From an uncultured Verrucomicrobiae bacterium (GTDB lineage: Bacteria > Verrucomicrobiota > Verrucomicrobiia > Chthoniobacterales > UBA10450): 64,000 nucleotides of DNA. The notes under the pieces are model-generated. The model searched no databases. It worked only from the letters and a program-made list of their open reading frames with translations, and was not told the DNA's origin. A program made the position numbers and the translations under genes. How positions within the stretch are numbered: the first letter of the stretch is position 1; every line of letters starts with the position of its first letter. The stretch lies in the NCBI GenBank assembly GCA_963756875.1, contig CAVWPA010000003.1, positions 544,001 through 608,000 of the forward strand, given 5' to 3'. Positions 1 through 9,280 of the stretch are shown one piece after another.

Positions 1-1
1 G

Positions 2-1780
2 AAACGCGCGGCCTGGGCGGCGCGTTATTTCCAGGAGGAAGTTTTCCCCGTGCTTACGCCGCTTGCGGTCGATGCGAGCCATCCGTTTCCGCAGCTGCTG
101 AACAAGAGTCACAATTTGCTGGTGCGCGCCAAGACGCAACGCGGCGGCGAGCCGTTGCATGCCATCGTCCAGGTGCCGCGCGTCGTGCCCCGATTGATTT
201 TGCTGCCGCGAGGCAAGGGGGAAGATGAACCCTGGGATTACATCTATCTGGCTTCCCTGATCAAGCAGCATATCGGCGAGCTGTTTCCCGGCTTGATCAT
301 TGACGACGCGCACGCCTTTCGCGTCACGCGGAACAGCGATCTCTATATCGACGACGAAGAGGCGGAGAATTTATTGCGTACCATCGAGCAGGAACTGCAA
401 CGCTCCAGCCGGGGCGACGCCGTCCGGCTGGAAGTGGAAGCCGATTGCCCGAAGGATTTTCGCGAGTTGCTCCTCGAGTTTTTCGATCTGACGGATGCCG
501 ACGTTTATAAGGTCGACGGTCCGCTTTCCATGACCCATCTCACGCCGCTCATTACCAATGACGCGTTCGCGAATCTGAAGGACCGTCCGTTTCAACCGGG
601 CCGCGACCCGGCACTTCCGCCGCACGCGGACATCTTTGAAGTGCTCCGCCGGCAGGATGTTTTGCTCCATCACCCTTACGACAGCTTCGATCCGGTCGTG
701 GAGTTCATCGAGGAGGCCGCTCAGGATCCTCAGGTGCTCGCGATTAAGATCACGCTTTATCGGACCAGCGGCGACTCGCCCATCGTCGGGGCGCTGATCG
801 ACGCAGCGAATGCGGGCAAGCAGGTCACAGCCATCGTGGAATTGCGCGCGCGATTCGACGAAGCGGTGAACATTCAATGGGCGCGCCGTTTGGAGGAAGC
901 GGGCGCGCACGTCATTTACGGCGTGGTCGGTCTGAAAACGCATTGCAAGGCGCTGCTCATCGTGCGGCGCGACACGGACCGCATCCGGCATTATGTCCAT
1001 CTCGGAACAGGCAATTATCATCCGCGGACCGCGCGCACCTACACCGATTTCAGCCTTTTTACGAGCGAGCCGAAGTTGACCGAAGAAGTCTCGATTGTCT
1101 TCAACACGCTGACTGGACTGGCTGGCTATCCCGGCTTGAAAAAGCTGATGGTCGCGCCGTTCGACCTGAAGCGGCGGCTGATCGGTTTGATCGAACGGGA
1201 ACGCGACCACGCGCTTGCCGGGAAACCAGCCCGCATCATCGCCAAGTTTAATTCGCTGGTGGATCAGGAGATCATCGAGAAACTTTACGAAGCTTCCTGC
1301 GCGGACGTGACCATCGATTTGATCGTGCGCGGCATTTGTTGTCTGCGTCCGAAAATCCCCGATCTAAGCGAAAATATTCATGTTGTCAGCATCGTGGGCC
1401 GTTTTCTCGAGCACAGCCGGATCTATCATTTTGCCAATGATGGGAAGCCCGAAGTTTTCTTGTCGAGCGCGGACTGGATGCCGCGGAACTTTTTGCGACG
1501 GGTAGAGGTGGCATTTCCGATCGAGACTCCTGCTCTTCGCGATCAAATCATCAACGAAGTGCTGCCGAGATTTCTGAACGATCGAGTGAAAGCGCGGGAG
1601 TTGCAGCCGGACGGAAGTTATCGCCGGCTGAAGCCTGAAGGCCAGGAGCCGCGCGCCCAGGCGCAATGGCATTTCAGGGAGCGTTCGCGAGAGCGGGCGA
1701 AAAAGCTGCGCCGTCCGAAAACGCCGCCGCGAGCTGATAAGTTGATCCCCATCACCGTTGTGCCGCCGAAACAATCGTGA
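2..1780 (+). CDS. ppk1: Polyphosphate kinase 1 (5'-truncated by window edge)
   Basis: Frame is open from base 2 (…YFQEEVFPVLTPLAVD). PPK1 motifs DVLLHHPYDSF, IKITLYRTS, ELRARFDE, LKTHCK, HLGTGNY, SIVGRFLEHSR, SADWMPRN. Confidence 0.97.
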   Translation, partial: KRAAWAARYFQEEVFPVLTPLAVDASHPFPQLLNKSHNLLVRAKTQRGGEPLHAIVQVPRVVPRLILLPRGKGEDEPWDYIYLASLIKQHIGELFPGLIIDDAHAFRVTRNSDLYIDDEEAENLLRTIEQELQRSSRGDAVRLEVEADCPKDFRELLLEFFDLTDADVYKVDGPLSMTHLTPLITNDAFANLKDRPFQPGRDPALPPHADIFEVLRRQDVLLHHPYDSFDPVVEFIEEAAQDPQVLAIKITLYRTSGDSPIVGALIDAANAGKQVTAIVELRARFDEAVNIQWARRLEEAGAHVIYGVVGLKTHCKALLIVRRDTDRIRHYVHLGTGNYHPRTARTYTDFSLFTSEPKLTEEVSIVFNTLTGLAGYPGLKKLMVAPFDLKRRLIGLIERERDHALAGKPARIIAKFNSLVDQEIIEKLYEASCADVTIDLIVRGICCLRPKIPDLSENIHVVSIVGRFLEHSRIYHFANDGKPEVFLSSADWMPRNFLRRVEVAFPIETPALRDQIINEVLPRFLNDRVKARELQPDGSYRRLKPEGQEPRAQAQWHFRERSRERAKKLRRPKTPPRADKLIPITVVPPKQS

Positions 1781-2466
1781 AGAAAAAGATTCTGGTGATC
1801 GATGTTGGCGGCAGCAACGTCAAGCTGATGATCTCCCGCGCCCGGAAACGAAAGTTCAAGTCCGGACCAAAAATGACGCCGCGGGAAATGGTTTCCCAAA
1901 TCAAATCAACCGTCGACGGTTGGAAATACAACGCAATTTCCATCGGGTTTCCGGCGCCTGTGCGTGACGGGCGCATCGCAGACGAACCGAAGCACCTTGG
2001 GAAAGGCTGGGTCGGATTCAATTTCGAAAGGGCTCTGAGGAAACCGGTACGTCTCATCAACGATGCAGCCATGCAGGCACTCGGCAGTTATCGCGGCGGC
2101 CGCATGCTTTTTCTAGGGCTTGGCACCGGCCTCGGCTCTACGCTGATCTGGAATAAAAACGTGCTACAACTCGAGCTGGGCGACCTGCCTTACTACAAGG
2201 GCGAAATCATCGAGAAATACCTCGGCAAATCCGGGCGGACCCAGCTTGGCCAGAAAGATTGGCGGCGGAGGGTGGCTTATACCGTCACACAGCTGAAAAA
2301 ATCGCTTATTGCCGATTACGTTGTGCTCGGCGGCGGCAACGCTAAAAAACTGGATTCGCTTCCACGCGGCGCCGAGCGCGGTCACAATCGCAATGCGTTT
2401 TTGGGCGGGACGCGGTTGTGGCAAAACGAACCCCGGACCGGCCGGCCGAAATGGCAGATCATGTAG
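1777..2466 (+). CDS. ppgK: ROK family kinase, polyphosphate glucokinase-like (copy 1)
   Basis: LVIDVGGSNVK, INDAAMQALG, LGLGTGLGS, VLGGGN motifs; GTGA overlap with ppk1. Confidence 0.8.
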   Translation: MKKKILVIDVGGSNVKLMISRARKRKFKSGPKMTPREMVSQIKSTVDGWKYNAISIGFPAPVRDGRIADEPKHLGKGWVGFNFERALRKPVRLINDAAMQALGSYRGGRMLFLGLGTGLGSTLIWNKNVLQLELGDLPYYKGEIIEKYLGKSGRTQLGQKDWRRRVAYTVTQLKKSLIADYVVLGGGNAKKLDSLPRGAERGHNRNAFLGGTRLWQNEPRTGRPKWQIM

Positions 2467-2483
2467 CGCTGAAAGCGCCAGAT

Positions 2484-2573
2484 GTTAAAAGAGTTGAAAA
2501 CTTACATGGTTACAACGTGGCGCCGCCGAGTTAGTGCCGTTTTAACCTTGTAACCCTTTTAACGTTTGTAACT
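2484..2573. repeat. Inverted pair of 8-mer tandem repeats (GTTA[A/C]Ann)n…(nnT[G/T]TAAC)n
   Basis: gttaaaagagttgaaaacttacatggttacaa … tttaaccttgtaacccttttaacgtttgtaac; second copy at 16073-16160. Confidence 0.7.
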
Positions 2574-2582
2574 TCTCAAGTA

Positions 2583-3044
2583 GTGCGTCTTTATTTCCTC
2601 AGGCACGGCGACGCCGATTGGCCCGACTGGGACAAACCGGACGATCAACGGCCGCTGACTAAACGCGGTAAAAAGGAAATGCACGCGATCGGCAAGTTTC
2701 TGTCGAAGCTCCAGGTTCGGCCCGATCTCATTTTGACCAGCCCGCTCCCGCGCGCATCGCAAACCGCCGAGATCGCTGCCGAACATTTGGAAATGAAATG
2801 CCGCGAAGAAAAATTGCTCGCTCCCGGGTTTGGCAAAAGAGAACTCGAGCGTTTGCTCGAAAAGTATCCGGAAGAAAGTTTAATGCTGGTTGGTCATGAG
2901 CCGGACTTCAGTGGCGCGATCGCTGGACTGACCGGCGCGTCGCTCAAACTTTCCAAAGCCGGCCTGGCGTTGGTGGATGTCGATCTGCCATTTGGGAAGG
3001 GCCGGCTCCTCTGGCTTTTCCCGCCCAAGGTCATGAAGAAGTGA
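2583..3044 (+). CDS. sixA: Phosphohistidine phosphatase SixA
   Basis: RHGDA, D.QRPLT..G, TSPLPRA.QTA, LVGHEP motifs. Confidence 0.9.
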   Translation: MRLYFLRHGDADWPDWDKPDDQRPLTKRGKKEMHAIGKFLSKLQVRPDLILTSPLPRASQTAEIAAEHLEMKCREEKLLAPGFGKRELERLLEKYPEESLMLVGHEPDFSGAIAGLTGASLKLSKAGLALVDVDLPFGKGRLLWLFPPKVMKK

Positions 3045-3050
3045 GCTGCT

Positions 3051-3968
3051 CTATTTTTCGGCCGGCGGGCGCTTTTTCTTTTTCGACTTCCAATCTTTGA
3101 TGAAAATCGAGATGCGTTTGGCAAACGCTTTCGGCGGCTCGGCGTAAAATCGTCTGCCGAGTTCGGTCGCATCGCGCTGCAGTTTTTGACTCCGTTTGCG
3201 GACCAGCCTGTCTAGTGCGGCGCGCTCATCTTGAAGCGTGGGATCCGTCGCCTCTTGATCGAATCGCGCAACAAGAAATGCGAGATCATGGTCGAGGCCC
3301 AGCAGCTCTCCCAGAGCTTTGGCGTCATTCGCGATTTTCTCCAAAACGACCCGGTTGAGTGGCCGAAGCAGGCGAAGTTGATACCATAATTCTTTCACTT
3401 TTTTTCGCCATTTGTGAAAATTTTCCGGGCTCGGTTTTTCCACTACCTTTGCCAGGGCCGCGCGCCCGCGTCTGTAGGATTTGGCGACAGATCCGCAAAC
3501 TTGTTTCCAGGTCAAATCGTCGAGCTGCCAGCTCGAGAGACGTTTTCCGACAGCTTCCAGCCGCGGCACGACTTGTTTTTGCCAATCGTCGAACGCCGCG
3601 GAAAAGCTTTCCCGTTCCATCGACAATAATTCCTCCAGTTTGGGAAATGGATTATGAGCCGGATCGTGCGCGACCTTAAGCTGAGTGAGTGTTTGCAGAC
3701 GAACGTGCGCATCGCGCAGATCCGAGAGGAGTTTCCCGACGTGGCTGATACAACGGTCCTCTCGTTCGTATCGCTCCTTTCCCTTGCCGTCCGACGTCAG
3801 GCGAAGCGCAGCTCTAAGTTTCTTCAGATGTTTGCGCGTCTCATGGACGGTTTCGCCGCGCTGCTTCGCCGGACGGCGCCCCAATTGAAGGGCCGATTGG
3901 ATCTCTTCACGAAATATTCGTTTCAAGCCTTGTGACGGGGACTCCTGCGACTTGAATCGGTAGCTCAT
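3051..3968 (-). CDS. CHAD domain (polyphosphate-binding) protein
   Basis: Duplicated H..RK..KKLR / FHKWRKKVKELWY and RD / LG..HD motifs; basic and helical; polyP gene context. Confidence 0.88.
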   Translation of the reverse strand: MSYRFKSQESPSQGLKRIFREEIQSALQLGRRPAKQRGETVHETRKHLKKLRAALRLTSDGKGKERYEREDRCISHVGKLLSDLRDAHVRLQTLTQLKVAHDPAHNPFPKLEELLSMERESFSAAFDDWQKQVVPRLEAVGKRLSSWQLDDLTWKQVCGSVAKSYRRGRAALAKVVEKPSPENFHKWRKKVKELWYQLRLLRPLNRVVLEKIANDAKALGELLGLDHDLAFLVARFDQEATDPTLQDERAALDRLVRKRSQKLQRDATELGRRFYAEPPKAFAKRISIFIKDWKSKKKKRPPAEK

Positions 3969-3984
3969 CGCTCGAGCAGGATTG

Positions 3985-4458
3985 CTACTCGGTCGCCAGT
4001 CTCACATTGCTGTAGCGCTTTTCGCCCGTGACCTCGCGGCCGAACCAGGTGGGCGGCTTGAATTTCCGGCAGGCGGACTGAGTCGGGAATTCCACTTCTG
4101 CGACGACGAGCCCGGCGTGGGCCCCCCGGTAGGAGTCGATTTCGATGGTCAGGCTTTTCCACGGGATTTCGTGGCGCAGTTTTCGGAGTCTTCGCCCGAC
4201 CGTGGCCGGCCAAAGTGCGGCGAATTGTTTCGGACTAAGTTCGATCTCGCGTTCTTCGCGCGAACTGCCGCGGCCGACCTTGAAGGTAAGAGTGGCTCGC
4301 TTCCCTTTCTTGCGAAGGCGCACATGTCTTCCTCCTGCCTCGTTTGCCAGATAGCCCTGGGCAATCGGAAAACTACGGAAGTGGTTGAGCCCCGGCGGCA
4401 ATTCTTTGACGAGAAACTTACGCTCGATTTCGCGGCCGTTTTTTACCGTGGCGTTCAT
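3985..4458 (-). CDS. CYTH domain protein (inorganic triphosphatase/adenylate cyclase-like)
   Basis: EIERKFLV, QGYL, VRLR, LTFK, AEVEF, WFGREVT..RYSN motifs. Confidence 0.92.
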   Translation of the reverse strand: MNATVKNGREIERKFLVKELPPGLNHFRSFPIAQGYLANEAGGRHVRLRKKGKRATLTFKVGRGSSREEREIELSPKQFAALWPATVGRRLRKLRHEIPWKSLTIEIDSYRGAHAGLVVAEVEFPTQSACRKFKPPTWFGREVTGEKRYSNVRLATE

Positions 4459-4702
4459 CTCGTCGTGAAATTAAATCCTAGAGGCGATTAATTCCGCGGT
4501 CGAGCCTTTCGAGCATTACCATAATATCGGCGGATTGAACAAACGAGTCATTGCTCTGCAGACGCTTCCCTCCGGGAAAGGCGACGCTGAGGTGATCAAC
4601 GCACGCGGCCGGCCGCGGCCCGACCCGCCTTCGCCACGCTTCGGCGCGGCAAGCAGAGCGAGGTGGCTATGGCTGAATTTGTGTGCAAGCGAATGGCCCG
4701 CT

Positions 4703-4933
4703 TCAACCGGCGGCGCCGCGTTGGAGCAATGTGCTCAATGCACCGGCGGCGACGAAAATCGGCCAGGCGGAAAGGGCGACGATAAGGGCGAAGAAAATTA
4801 GTTCGATGGCAAACTCCCAATTCCTTTCGCGCGCGAAATAGTCTCGGGTTAACTTGCGGAACGATCGGCGCACTGCGGGCGCTTCCTGTGGTGTCCGTCT
4901 GGTTACCGTTTTTCTCACTTTGATGATGCTCAT
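4703..4933 (-). CDS. Small single-TM membrane protein, 76 aa (microprotein family copy A)
   Basis: ATG at 4933 (MSIIKV…), one hydrophobic helix, gapless similarity to ORF 40033-40323, immediately downstream of a Pho-box-like site. Confidence 0.65.
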   Translation of the reverse strand: MSIIKVRKTVTRRTPQEAPAVRRSFRKLTRDYFARERNWEFAIELIFFALIVALSAWPIFVAAGALSTLLQRGAAG

Positions 4934-4971
4934 AACTGAGCGTTGGATAATCCGATGAGCGGGAGGTGTCA

Positions 4972-5012
4972 GGTTACGAATTGTGAAGATCGCGTGACAA
5001 ACCGGTGACACC
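4972..5012 (-). promoter_or_regulatory. Pho-box-like (PhoB/OmpR-type) tandem direct repeats
   Basis: Minus strand TGTCAC-cggtt-TGTCAC-gcgat-CTTCAC-aatt-CGTAAC with 11/11/10-bp period, about 40 bp upstream of ATG 4933. Confidence 0.6.
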
Positions 5013-5122
5013 CTGAAGCTCCTTAATTCTGACTCATTTTGTAGCGGGGGCGCGGTCAGCGGCTTGGGCTGCGGGTTGTTGGCTTGCGCTCGGGAGAGCG
5101 GCGTAGTTTGATCGGTCCGTAA

Positions 5123-5575
5123 ATGGTCGCTGAAACTCCCGATAAATCCCGAGGCGCGGATGTGATCGTCCATGGTAATGCAAAGGATTTCCGGCAGGAG
5201 ATTCAGGCAGGCCCGCACCGGCTGGTCGCGGACGAACCGGTAGCGGACGGCGGCGGCGCCAAGGGGCCGTCTCCCTACGGCCTTTTGCTGGCTGCCCTGG
5301 GATCGTGCACATCGATGACCATCGGATTGTATGCGCGGCGAAAAGGCTGGCCGCTCGAAGAGATCACTGTTTCGCTCCGGCACTCAAAAATCTACGCCAT
5401 GGATTGCGCGGAATGCGAGACGAAGGAAGGCAAGATCGACCGGATCGAGCGGGACATTCATCTGACCGGATCGTTGACTGACGAACAGCGCGCCAGGTTG
5501 ATGCAGATCGCAGATATGTGCCCTGTTCACCGGACTCTGACATCCGAGATCAACATTAAGACCCGCGCGGTTTAA
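5123..5575 (+). CDS. OsmC/YhfA family protein
   Basis: ADEP…GG…GPSPY.LLLAALGSCT and CPVHRTL motifs. Confidence 0.9.
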   Translation: MVAETPDKSRGADVIVHGNAKDFRQEIQAGPHRLVADEPVADGGGAKGPSPYGLLLAALGSCTSMTIGLYARRKGWPLEEITVSLRHSKIYAMDCAECETKEGKIDRIERDIHLTGSLTDEQRARLMQIADMCPVHRTLTSEINIKTRAV

Positions 5576-5602
5576 GGTCCCATCGTGGATGGGAGTTCCA
5601 TG

Positions 5603-5654
5603 GGTAGGGTCAGCGCTCTGCGCTGACCGGACGGCGCAGCGCGCCGTCCCTACC
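5603..5654. repeat. GTAG-tagged REP-like palindromic dimer
   Basis: GGTAGGGTCAGCGC-tct-GCGCTGACC-GGACGGCGC-agc-GCGCCGTCCCTACC. Confidence 0.8.
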
Positions 5655-5675
5655 AGATCGGGATCACGTCCGCGA

Positions 5676-6863
5676 TCAGCGTTCGTGCAGGGCGATGCTT
5701 GAGCCGACCCATGTTTTGCCCTTGTTGAAATCGACGCCCATCATTTTGCCCTGGCTCATCCGGGCGAGATTATTTACGAGAACGGGTTCGCCATTGGCCG
5801 GCCAGAGGAACATCATTCGCAACTCCGCTTTCGATTTGGAACCGTCCGGTGTCGGCACAAACGGCACATAATCGATCTTCCTTTGCAAAATCCATTCGTG
5901 CGGAGTTTTTAACGCAGAGATTTTTTCATGCGCCGGTTCCATGTCGACTCCGATTCCAGCGAAGGAGTAGAGCGGTTTTAAAACATAATCGGCGATGTTC
6001 TCGCCGGCCGGAAATTCATCGGCGAAGAATGCGGGCGCAGTGTGTTCGGTTTTGATGAAAGGCAACGAATGTTTGCTGATCCGGTAATACCAGTTGGGAT
6101 GCGTCACCCAGGTGACATCGAGATCGTCCTGGAAACGGAACGGCAGCTCAAGATCGGCGCGCCGCGCCAACTCGTCGAAAATGACCCGATTATAGATGCG
6201 TTCGATTCGCACATCGCGTCCGTCGCGCTCGTAGAATAGTTGCCGCCCCCGCTTTTTCACTTTCGTCAGGCAAACCGTCCGCACGCCGAGCAGCGACTCC
6301 GTGCAGGCAAAATCGGTCCGCGTTTTCTGTTTCTCCGGCTCGATCTCCAGCAGGACCACGTTCTCCGGTTTGGCGTCGGCCACAATGGTCCGCCGCAGCA
6401 ACTCGATGTAAGCCTCGTCCGTGATTCCGCCAAATGACGATGTCCAGTTCGGCGGAATGGCCGGATATGCTTTGCGCATGCAACCAAGCGAGAGAAATTG
6501 AAATCCGAACAAGCTCGGGAAAGCCTGCAACTCGATCAGTCGCGGGACCAGTCGACCGCCCTCCTCGCAAATGCCGAGGTCGACGAGCAAAAATTCCGGA
6601 TGCGCCGACTCGCCAGGCACTTCCGAGCCGGCTGGGATCGCCGACGCGGCGTGCTTCGCGAACGCCGCGGTTTGTGTTTGCGCCGCGATCTTGTTCGCGG
6701 CGTAAACGGCTTCATCCGTGAATTCGCGGGTCAGGAAAATTGGCGTTTCCGAAACGGAGAAGTCGGCCGGCCATCGTGTGCTCTCATTCACGCAACGCAG
6801 GAACGACGCGTACTTCTCCACTGTGAAATCGGCGTTAAATCGATCGCGAAGTTGGGGATGCAT
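5676..6863 (-). CDS. ATP-grasp-like ligase (circularly permuted / glutathionylspermidine-synthase-like), unknown substrate
   Basis: PRLIELQAFPS, HPNWYYRISK, YVLKPLYSFAG.GV, WILQRK, ELRMM motifs typical of ATP-grasp-derived ligases. Confidence 0.6.
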   Translation of the reverse strand: MHPQLRDRFNADFTVEKYASFLRCVNESTRWPADFSVSETPIFLTREFTDEAVYAANKIAAQTQTAAFAKHAASAIPAGSEVPGESAHPEFLLVDLGICEEGGRLVPRLIELQAFPSLFGFQFLSLGCMRKAYPAIPPNWTSSFGGITDEAYIELLRRTIVADAKPENVVLLEIEPEKQKTRTDFACTESLLGVRTVCLTKVKKRGRQLFYERDGRDVRIERIYNRVIFDELARRADLELPFRFQDDLDVTWVTHPNWYYRISKHSLPFIKTEHTAPAFFADEFPAGENIADYVLKPLYSFAGIGVDMEPAHEKISALKTPHEWILQRKIDYVPFVPTPDGSKSKAELRMMFLWPANGEPVLVNNLARMSQGKMMGVDFNKGKTWVGSSIALHER

Positions 6864-6900
6864 TCCGGGCGGGGACGGATCTCCGAGCCGTCCAGCTTAT

Positions 6901-7920
6901 CTACACCAGAAACTTGCCACGTTGCATAACCTGTTCGCCGTCAAACCAGATGTCAAAGTCGCGGCCAACGCAGTCGATGTGCGTTTTGGAGATCCAGTTC
7001 GCGCCGGTGTGCTCGGCGTACGGGTGGCCGAAGGCGATGTGAACCCCCGGAATCTTTTCGTCCTGCAAGATATGCCCGATCACGTGCGTGCACGCGATGT
7101 TCGTGCCAATGGCAAATTCGCCGACACGATTGCTGTTTTCATCCGTGCTGGTGTAAAGGCGGAAATCGTCGCGCAGGTCCTTATTTTCCGAACGGAGATC
7201 GACGATCCGGTTGTTCTCGACCTCGATGGTAAGCGGGCTTGCCTCAAGATCGCCGTAGCGCTCGCACAGATAATCGCCAACTACGCCGTCAACGACAAAT
7301 GTCCCGTTTGTGTTCATGGGGGAAGTGAAAATTTCGCCGCCCGGAAGGTTGCCCCATTTGTCCTTTGTGATGATGCCGCTGGTTTTGAGCCACTTGAGCT
7401 TTGGAGAGAACTCCCCGACAAATTCGGTGCCGTGCTGTGTCTTACATGTGATGCGCTCTGCCTGACGCGCGCGTTCGACCAGTCGCTGGCTTAAATCATC
7501 CACGGCGTGGAAATCCGCACGCATGCCTTCCAGCATGATCTGCCGGTTGATGTTCACCATGTGGGCGTGGCGGATCCGGTGGTGGTTGACTACCGCCGTC
7601 ATTTCCGTGCGGGAACCGAGTTCGCCCGGCTGGCTTTGCGCCGCGAAGATCGACGCCTGCGAGCAGGCCAGGTCGTCCAGGATGATCTCGGGCATGAACT
7701 GAAGCGGGCGCCGCGCGTGATGCTCCAGCACAAACAGGCTGTATTCGGAACCGACACGTTCCACCTCCGTTTGCAATGCCGCCGCGATTTCGCGGGTGGC
7801 GGAGTCGGTGATAATCGTCATCCGCTCCCGCGGCTTGAGTCGCAAACAAACATTGATGGCATTGTGCGCACCGGGCATCAGCTCCGGATCAATCGGGTGG
7901 AAGTAAGCGCGGTCTGGCAT
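6901..7920 (-). CDS. Aminopeptidase, M29 (thermophilic metalloprotease)-like
   Basis: NLPGGEIFTSP, GEFAIGTN, QDEKIPGVHIAFG, HIDC metal-ligand motifs. Confidence 0.85.
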   Translation of the reverse strand: MPDRAYFHPIDPELMPGAHNAINVCLRLKPRERMTIITDSATREIAAALQTEVERVGSEYSLFVLEHHARRPLQFMPEIILDDLACSQASIFAAQSQPGELGSRTEMTAVVNHHRIRHAHMVNINRQIMLEGMRADFHAVDDLSQRLVERARQAERITCKTQHGTEFVGEFSPKLKWLKTSGIITKDKWGNLPGGEIFTSPMNTNGTFVVDGVVGDYLCERYGDLEASPLTIEVENNRIVDLRSENKDLRDDFRLYTSTDENSNRVGEFAIGTNIACTHVIGHILQDEKIPGVHIAFGHPYAEHTGANWISKTHIDCVGRDFDIWFDGEQVMQRGKFLV

Positions 7921-8046
7921 TTTCGAAAGTGCTCAGTTTTACGCTGAAACTTCGCGCGAGCAAATGGGCTTTGTCAGATCGGGGCCTGGCAAGGTCTCGA
8001 ATTTCTTGCGGCTGCGCTGTAAAAACAGGCCGACAAAGCTCGATCG

Positions 8047-9180
8047 TTACGCCGCCTTAACATTTGGAACATTCAACTGTTCGTACGTTTCGGCCACGAT
8101 TTGATCGACCACGGCATTGATATCGCCGGTCCGTTCCCACACTGCCAGCTGCCGGTCCGCTCCAGTGCCTTCGCGCATGATGCGTTCGATATGCGCCAGT
8201 TCGGCGTGACTGCCGAGCTCGTCGATCTCCGGCGCGATGAACTCGAGCATTTCGTGGAGTAGATCGCGCTCGTCCACCTCGCATTTGCGTCCGAAATCGA
8301 TCAACTTCCCGTCAAGCCCGTAGCGCGCGGCGCGCCACCGGTTTTCATCGATCAGACGGCGCGGATACATGCGGAAGGTAACGTTTTCCCGGCGCAACTT
8401 GTGTAATTTCACGACAATTGCCTGGATCAGAGCAGCGAGGGCGATGGTGTCGTCGACTCGCGACTGCGCATCGCAGATACGAAATTCGATGGTGTTAAAA
8501 AATGGATGGAGCCGAATATCCCACCAGATCTTCTTGGCATTATCGATGCAATTGGTGGAAACAAGCAGTTTCAGGTAATTGTCATAATCCGACAGCGACT
8601 CGAATACGTCGGGAATTCCAGTGCGCGGGAACCGCTCAAAAATCATTTGCCGATATGCCTTTAACCCGGTGTTCTGTCCCAGCCAGAAAGGCGAATTGAC
8701 CGAGAGCGCGTAAATGTGCGGGAGGAAATAGCGCGCCTGATTCATGACGTCGATCGCTTCTTCGCGATCCGGAATTCCCACATGCACGTGCAGCGCAAAA
8801 ATGAGATTGGCACGCGCAATCTGCTGCATGTCCTGTACGATCGTGGCATAGCGCTCGTCGGCCGTGATCAACTGGTCCATCCAGTGCGAAAACGGGTGTG
8901 TCCCGGCCGAGCCGATCTTTAGTCCATCATGCGCTGCGAGCACTGCCAACTGGCTTCGCAGTTCGATCACTTGTTGCCTCGCGTCGCACGTGTCTCTGCA
9001 GATCTCTGTATCCAGTTCGACGACCGACTGGTGCATCTCCGGTTTGACGTGTTGTTTTAAAATGATTTTTCCGTCCGCCAGGATTTCCTGAATGTGCGCG
9101 TGCAGGGCGCGCGTTTGCGGGTTGATGATCTGGAATTCCTCCTCGATGCCGAGGGTGAAGGTGTGATCGCGGTAAACCAT
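8047..9180 (-). CDS. ybdK: Carboxylate-amine ligase YbdK/GCS2 family (copy 2)
   Basis: TLGIEEEFQ, GTHPFS, LHVHVG, NSPFW, FPRTGIP, WWDIR.HP, EFRICD, ENRWRAARYG. Confidence 0.92.
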   Translation of the reverse strand: MVYRDHTFTLGIEEEFQIINPQTRALHAHIQEILADGKIILKQHVKPEMHQSVVELDTEICRDTCDARQQVIELRSQLAVLAAHDGLKIGSAGTHPFSHWMDQLITADERYATIVQDMQQIARANLIFALHVHVGIPDREEAIDVMNQARYFLPHIYALSVNSPFWLGQNTGLKAYRQMIFERFPRTGIPDVFESLSDYDNYLKLLVSTNCIDNAKKIWWDIRLHPFFNTIEFRICDAQSRVDDTIALAALIQAIVVKLHKLRRENVTFRMYPRRLIDENRWRAARYGLDGKLIDFGRKCEVDERDLLHEMLEFIAPEIDELGSHAELAHIERIMREGTGADRQLAVWERTGDINAVVDQIVAETYEQLNVPNVKAA

Positions 9181-9280
9181 CGGTGTCAGACTAATTCCTA
9201 CTGGGCCGGCAGACTCTCCCTCGCTTGGCGTTTGCTTTGCAAAAATTGTTCAGATCGCGGGCGCCGCAACATCGCACCCG

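Noticed and set aside
4703..5383. 226-aa ORF as listed in the ORF track
   Set aside because: Its 5' part overlaps the OsmC gene and the regulatory repeats. Only the last 76 codons look coding.
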